Assembly: GCA_965153285.1 (NCBI GenBank)
Contig: OZ229115.1
Length of the DNA stretch: 64,000 nucleotides
Direction: 5' to 3' (one strand)
Origin: Podarcis tiliguerta
Lineage: Eukaryota
Each line of letters opens with the position of its first letter. Position 1 is the stretch's first letter. A program made the position numbers and the translations under genes. Under the pieces are notes generated by a model. It was given only the letters and a program-made list of their open reading frames with translations. It ran no database searches and was not told where the DNA came from. Shown piece by piece: positions 61,501-64,000 of this stretch.

Positions 61501-63866
61501 ACCTCAAGCAGCTGCCCACATCCTGCCCTCACCTCCGTGATGCAGTCTTCGTGAGTGACCACTCGCACCACGTCCTCCAAGGGGAGGAGAGAGGTGCACT
61601 TGATTTCTGTGTAGACGTTTTTGCCTTCAGCACAGGCTGCCAGCAGATCCACCAGGGAGATGTGGTACATGAGGGGGCTGTTCTCCTCTACTCCATCCCG
61701 GGCTGCTGTCATCATCTCCAACATGTTGGCTAGGGAGGCCTTATCGTTGTAAAACACCACCACGTCATCCCCAGCATTGGTCAGCTGTGGGAAAAGGACA
61801 AGGAGGCTAAGCAACACAGCCCAGAAACAAAAGTGGCTAATCTGTGGTTCTCTAGGTGTTGCAGGACTTCAACTCCCAACACCCCTGAACATTGATTGGC
61901 CGTGATGATCGGGAGCAATGGAGGCTGAAGCCCACAGGTTCCTCATCCCTGCTCCAAAAGGTTGGCAAATATCTGCAAAAAAATAGTACTTCTGAGCCCC
62001 TCTCCATCCCCACTGCACCTGTATATAGGCTGTGGTAGAGCTAAAGAGGAATGCCTCATCCAAAAGAGAATATAATTCTAAGGACCTGAGATACAATGAG
62101 AGAATGGCAATTTTACAGCACAGTAGTCACTGTGATTGCATCTCCTGGATGGGAAAGTCCCTCTTCCTCATTGCTTATACACTAAGTGTTCTGTTTTTCT
62201 CTCTCGTATAATTTCACAATCAGTCTGAAAAATGAAGCCCAAGCTGGAATGCTCATAGTCTCAGGCTCAATAGGGATCAAGCCATATACTTGGCTCTGAG
62301 GTACCTGAGAGGTAGGGGCAGCACTATAGCTAGAGGTGGAGCTCAAGATCCTGGGCCCCCAAATGATCACCCAGAAAGCAGTAGGTGATGGTGGCAGCTA
62401 AACAGTCCCTGCATCAGCACTTGGGCTGCACAAGCAAACATGCAACCCACCAAGGCTGATGCTGGCATTGATGCTGGTCGTCACAGCGTCTTCCTTACTT
62501 CTTTTTTAAAAAGCCGTTATAGTCAGACAGCAGCTATTCAGGCCTGTGCATTGTTACGGACGCTGATGTTGTTGTTATTACCTTCCTACCACAAAATGGC
62601 ACTTCTTCCCTTCCCCCCAAGCCAAGTCAGGTTTTTCCCTTCTATGAGATTGTAACTGCGTGTGCCACAGGCCTGGCACTCCATTAACCCAGCCAGAAAC
62701 ATGCAGCTTGACGCTTTCCCCCTCCAATTACAGGAGAACTGCAGGCAGGCGATTCAGTTAGGGACTGAAGGAAGCCTACACTTGAGGCTGCCTGATTTAC
62801 CCTACCAGCTTTAAACCCCAATTTCCTTACTGCTAGAACAGGACTTCCCATCAGCATCTTGTGTCATGATCTGTACCTCACCTCCTCCCTCCTTTTCCTC
62901 AGCAAGACAGAGAGGGAGAGAGAGCGAGAGTGAGAGAGAGAGATGGAGCCTCACCTCAGTCATGATCATGTCCTGGCACTTCTTGATGTACTTGCCCTCA
63001 GCCTTGATGATGGTGTGCAGGAAGTCCAGGTACGGCACGTGGCGTCCGTGGGTGGCCAGGCAGTGGATGAAGTGCTGCAGCACCGTCTCGTTGATCTCGG
63101 AACACAGCTGATAGTTGTTCAGGAAGATGTGCTGCATTGTCTCTGCTTCCAGAAGCTGGAAGGAAAGAAGGAAAGGTGAGGCCTCAGGAGGCACAGCAGG
63201 TGTCGCTCATACTTATATCTGGCCTGGATCGTTGGCTTCTTGGAACATCTTCCAGTCTATTTCTTTCTTCTGTCTGCTCAGTGTCAGATTAGGACTGGGA
63301 AGACCGAGGCTCCTATCCTCATTAAGCCTTCTGAGGGATGTTAGGACAGTGACAGCCTCAGCTAACTTACCTCGCAGGGTTGAAAACAGGGGAGGGGTAG
63401 AGAACCATGTAACCCACCTTGAGCTCCTTGGAGTAAAGAAATAGCATAAAATAAACAAGATCCCATTTTTCACCCATAGCTTTTAGGAAAGGCCTAGACA
63501 GGGTTTTCCAACTGTATCCTCACAGCAACCCTGTGAGATTAGACTGGGATAGTTTGGGCTCCATGGAGACATGGCCTCACAACTGAAGTGGGGCAGTGAA
63601 GCTACAAGCCTCTGTTGTAAAGTCTGTATTGGCTGAATCTGAACAGAAACAGGAGATCTACAGGAAATTATATCTTGCATGGTGCCTGCACACAACATTT
63701 CTTAGCCCCTCCCCCCATTTATTTCACTTGCTCCTTCTCTTACCCCAGGGGTGAGGAACAAGCTGAGCTGCTTATGGAGGAGGGCCTGGTTTTCTTGGTT
63801 GCCAGCACAAAACTTCTGCAGGAACTGGTGGGTTAACTTCAGGATCTCCAACATCTTGGTGTCACC
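34948..63866 (-). CDS. ITPR3: Inositol 1,4,5-trisphosphate receptor type 3, 3' portion (30 exons, 4359 nt, 1452 aa plus stop); 5' part lies beyond the window end
   Basis: GGGVGD selectivity filter, [10 protein letters not shown] gate helix, CFICG...H zinc finger, C-terminus [18 protein letters not shown] typical of type 3; all exon phases close; synteny. Confidence 0.97.
36095..36256 (-). CDS. ITPR3: ITPR3 exon ([10 protein letters not shown]...ELKEQ)
   Basis: 162 nt, AG/GT. Confidence 0.95.
36755..36915 (-). CDS. ITPR3: ITPR3 exon ([10 protein letters not shown]...VAQMIK)
   Basis: 161 nt, AG/GT. Confidence 0.95.
37764..37929 (-). CDS. ITPR3: ITPR3 exon (ESLFPARV...TTCFIC; last TM helix)
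   Basis: 166 nt, AG/GT. Confidence 0.96.
38422..38546 (-). CDS. ITPR3: ITPR3 pore exon (ERACDTLL...[14 protein letters not shown])
   Basis: 125 nt, selectivity filter. Confidence 0.96.
39243..39347 (-). CDS. ITPR3: ITPR3 luminal loop exon (GTPLGMQ...KPKVIE)
   Basis: 105 nt, phase 1-1, two Cys. Confidence 0.88.
40114..40601 (+). mobile_element. Probable solo LTR (488 bp)
   Basis: TGTCAGG...CCTGACA termini, ATTAAA at 40512-40517, imperfect 4-bp flanks GGGT/GGGG. Confidence 0.6.
41288..41480 (-). CDS. ITPR3: ITPR3 exon (LFDLIYREE...PNIKSK)
   Basis: 193 nt, AG/GT. Confidence 0.93.
41899..42063 (-). CDS. ITPR3: ITPR3 exon (LTNKIVFVV...FYSIL)
   Basis: 165 nt, AG/GT. Confidence 0.95.
42645..42817 (-). 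CDS. ITPR3: ITPR3 exon (LLDSPLI...ILGALN; TM region)
   Basis: 173 nt, AG/GT. Confidence 0.94.
43564..43697. mobile_element. hAT (Charlie-like) MITE
   Basis: CAGAGGCTTTCAGCC ... GGTTGAAAACCACTG with 8-bp target duplication ATCTACAT/ATCTGCAT. Confidence 0.75.
44055..44180 (-). CDS. ITPR3: ITPR3 exon (NPLMYWFS...EASSM; first TM region)
   Basis: 126 nt, AG/GT. Confidence 0.94.
44730..45000 (+). mobile_element. L2/CR1-type LINE endonuclease fragment
   Basis: [26 protein letters not shown] resembles the APE motif GL.Q...PTH..G.TLDLV. Confidence 0.65.
45569..45761 (-). CDS. ITPR3: ITPR3 exon ([10 protein letters not shown]...WQKKLR)
   Basis: 193 nt, AG/GT. Confidence 0.95.
46790..46900 (-). CDS. 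ITPR3: ITPR3 exon ([13 protein letters not shown]...HTSQIE)
   Basis: 111 nt, AG/GT. Confidence 0.93.
47553..47945 (+). mobile_element. Sauria-type SINE
   Basis: same head and body as the 25764 copy; ACCTTT/T-rich tail. Confidence 0.8.
48847..48933 (-). CDS. ITPR3: ITPR3 exon ([13 protein letters not shown]...GISSM)
   Basis: 87 nt, AG/GT. Confidence 0.92.
49733..49834 (-). CDS. ITPR3: ITPR3 exon (VDVIKKAY...[10 protein letters not shown])
   Basis: 102 nt, donor gtatcctttg. Confidence 0.94.
51032..51127 (-). CDS. ITPR3: ITPR3 exon (DNASKLLL...RPQEL)
   Basis: 96 nt, AG/GT. Confidence 0.94.
51515..51625 (-). CDS. ITPR3: ITPR3 exon ([10 protein letters not shown]...LVLQLK)
   Basis: 111 nt, AG/GT. 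Confidence 0.95.
51823..52023 (-). CDS. ITPR3: ITPR3 exon (NFLRCQNN...GPCHENQ)
   Basis: 201 nt, AG/GT. Confidence 0.95.
52144..52328 (-). CDS. ITPR3: ITPR3 exon (ERVTSFML...CENHNRDLQ)
   Basis: 185 nt, AG/GT. Confidence 0.93.
53123..53297 (-). CDS. ITPR3: ITPR3 exon (KSFYNLM...PDHTSK)
   Basis: 175 nt, AG/GT. Confidence 0.93.
54013..54217. mobile_element. Tigger/pogo-like MITE, distinct internal sequence
   Basis: TA-CAGTCATACCTCTA ... TAGAGGTACCACTG-TA. Confidence 0.75.
54560..54729 (-). CDS. ITPR3: ITPR3 exon (GQDQDWSV...GGNTEIQ)
   Basis: 170 nt, AG/GT. Confidence 0.94.
55123..55280 (+). mobile_element. degenerate tRNA-derived SINE
   Basis: A-box-like GGCTCAGTGGTAGAGCA, no intact cloverleaf. 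Confidence 0.5.
55442..55532 (-). CDS. ITPR3: ITPR3 exon (GNTLRKMLL...DPSGT)
   Basis: 91 nt, AG/GT. Confidence 0.92.
56271..56379 (-). CDS. ITPR3: ITPR3 exon (LVQHTKDL...KYGER)
   Basis: 109 nt, AG/GT. Confidence 0.93.
56572..56687 (-). mobile_element. Sauria-type SINE 3' fragment
   Basis: reverse complement of the 3' part of the 47553 copy. Confidence 0.6.
56705..56853 (-). CDS. ITPR3: ITPR3 exon ([10 protein letters not shown]...GGFLS)
   Basis: 149 nt, AG/GT. Confidence 0.94.
57064..57302. mobile_element. Tigger/pogo-like MITE, family A
   Basis: TIRs and TA target duplication. Confidence 0.9.
57493..57677 (-). CDS. ITPR3: ITPR3 exon (AKSRSIALP...IIEKLQ)
   Basis: 185 nt, AG/GT. Confidence 0.94.
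58015..58135 (-). CDS. ITPR3: ITPR3 exon (THQTIVV...RTLAMV)
   Basis: 121 nt, AG/GT. Confidence 0.93.
58498..58554. repeat. (AAT)n microsatellite, about 19 units
   Basis: direct reading. Confidence 0.97.
58498..58760 (-). mobile_element. LINE 3' fragment (L2-like) ending in an (AAT)n tract
   Basis: microsatellite tail abutting typical LINE 3' sequence. Confidence 0.55.
59299..59424 (-). CDS. ITPR3: ITPR3 exon (VCKKREKR...NSTSLQ)
   Basis: 126 nt, AG/GT. Confidence 0.94.
60681..60806 (-). CDS. ITPR3: ITPR3 exon (VKIAYVNF...LDMAR), GC donor
   Basis: 126 nt, donor AGG|gcaagt. Confidence 0.92.
61533..61784 (-). CDS. ITPR3: ITPR3 exon (LTNAGDDVV...EDCITE)
   Basis: 252 nt, AG/GT. Confidence 0.95.
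62955..63155 (-). CDS. ITPR3: ITPR3 exon ([11 protein letters not shown]...DMIMTE)
   Basis: 201 nt, AG/GT. Confidence 0.95.
63744..63866 (-). CDS. ITPR3: ITPR3 exon (GDTKMLEIL...FLTPG)
   Basis: 123 nt, AG/GT. Confidence 0.92.
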
Positions 63867-64000
63867 CTGTTCACGGAGAATAAAAGGTAGGTCCCTGGAG
63901 CTTAATTTGAGTAGACCATGATGAAGTGGGATGAGGTGGCATCAAGATCAGGGGACACCTGTGTGGGACACCATCACCACCAGCCTGGAGCTCCCCCCTT

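Overview
Vertebrate (squamate, probably lacertid lizard, judged from Sauria-type SINEs) genomic DNA with three genes in the order known from human 6p21: IP6K3 (+, complete, 5 coding exons, 410 aa), UQCC2 (+, complete, 4 exons, 125 aa) and the 3' part of ITPR3 (-, last 30 exons, 1452 aa), which converges on UQCC2. I placed all exon boundaries by hand and the phases close. Introns carry many Tigger/pogo-like and hAT MITEs, tRNA-derived SINEs, LINE fragments and a probable solo LTR. I found no new biological system. The most notable signals are a U12 (minor spliceosome) intron in IP6K3, a perfect U12-type donor in ITPR3 just upstream of an internally duplicated exon pair, a Gly-to-Arg change in the ITPR3 GLGLLG (ATPB) motif, a GC-AG intron, CTCF sites bracketing UQCC2, muscle-type motifs upstream of IP6K3 and a possible UQCC2/ITPR3 3' overlap. 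Comparisons to human proteins are from memory; no searches were run.
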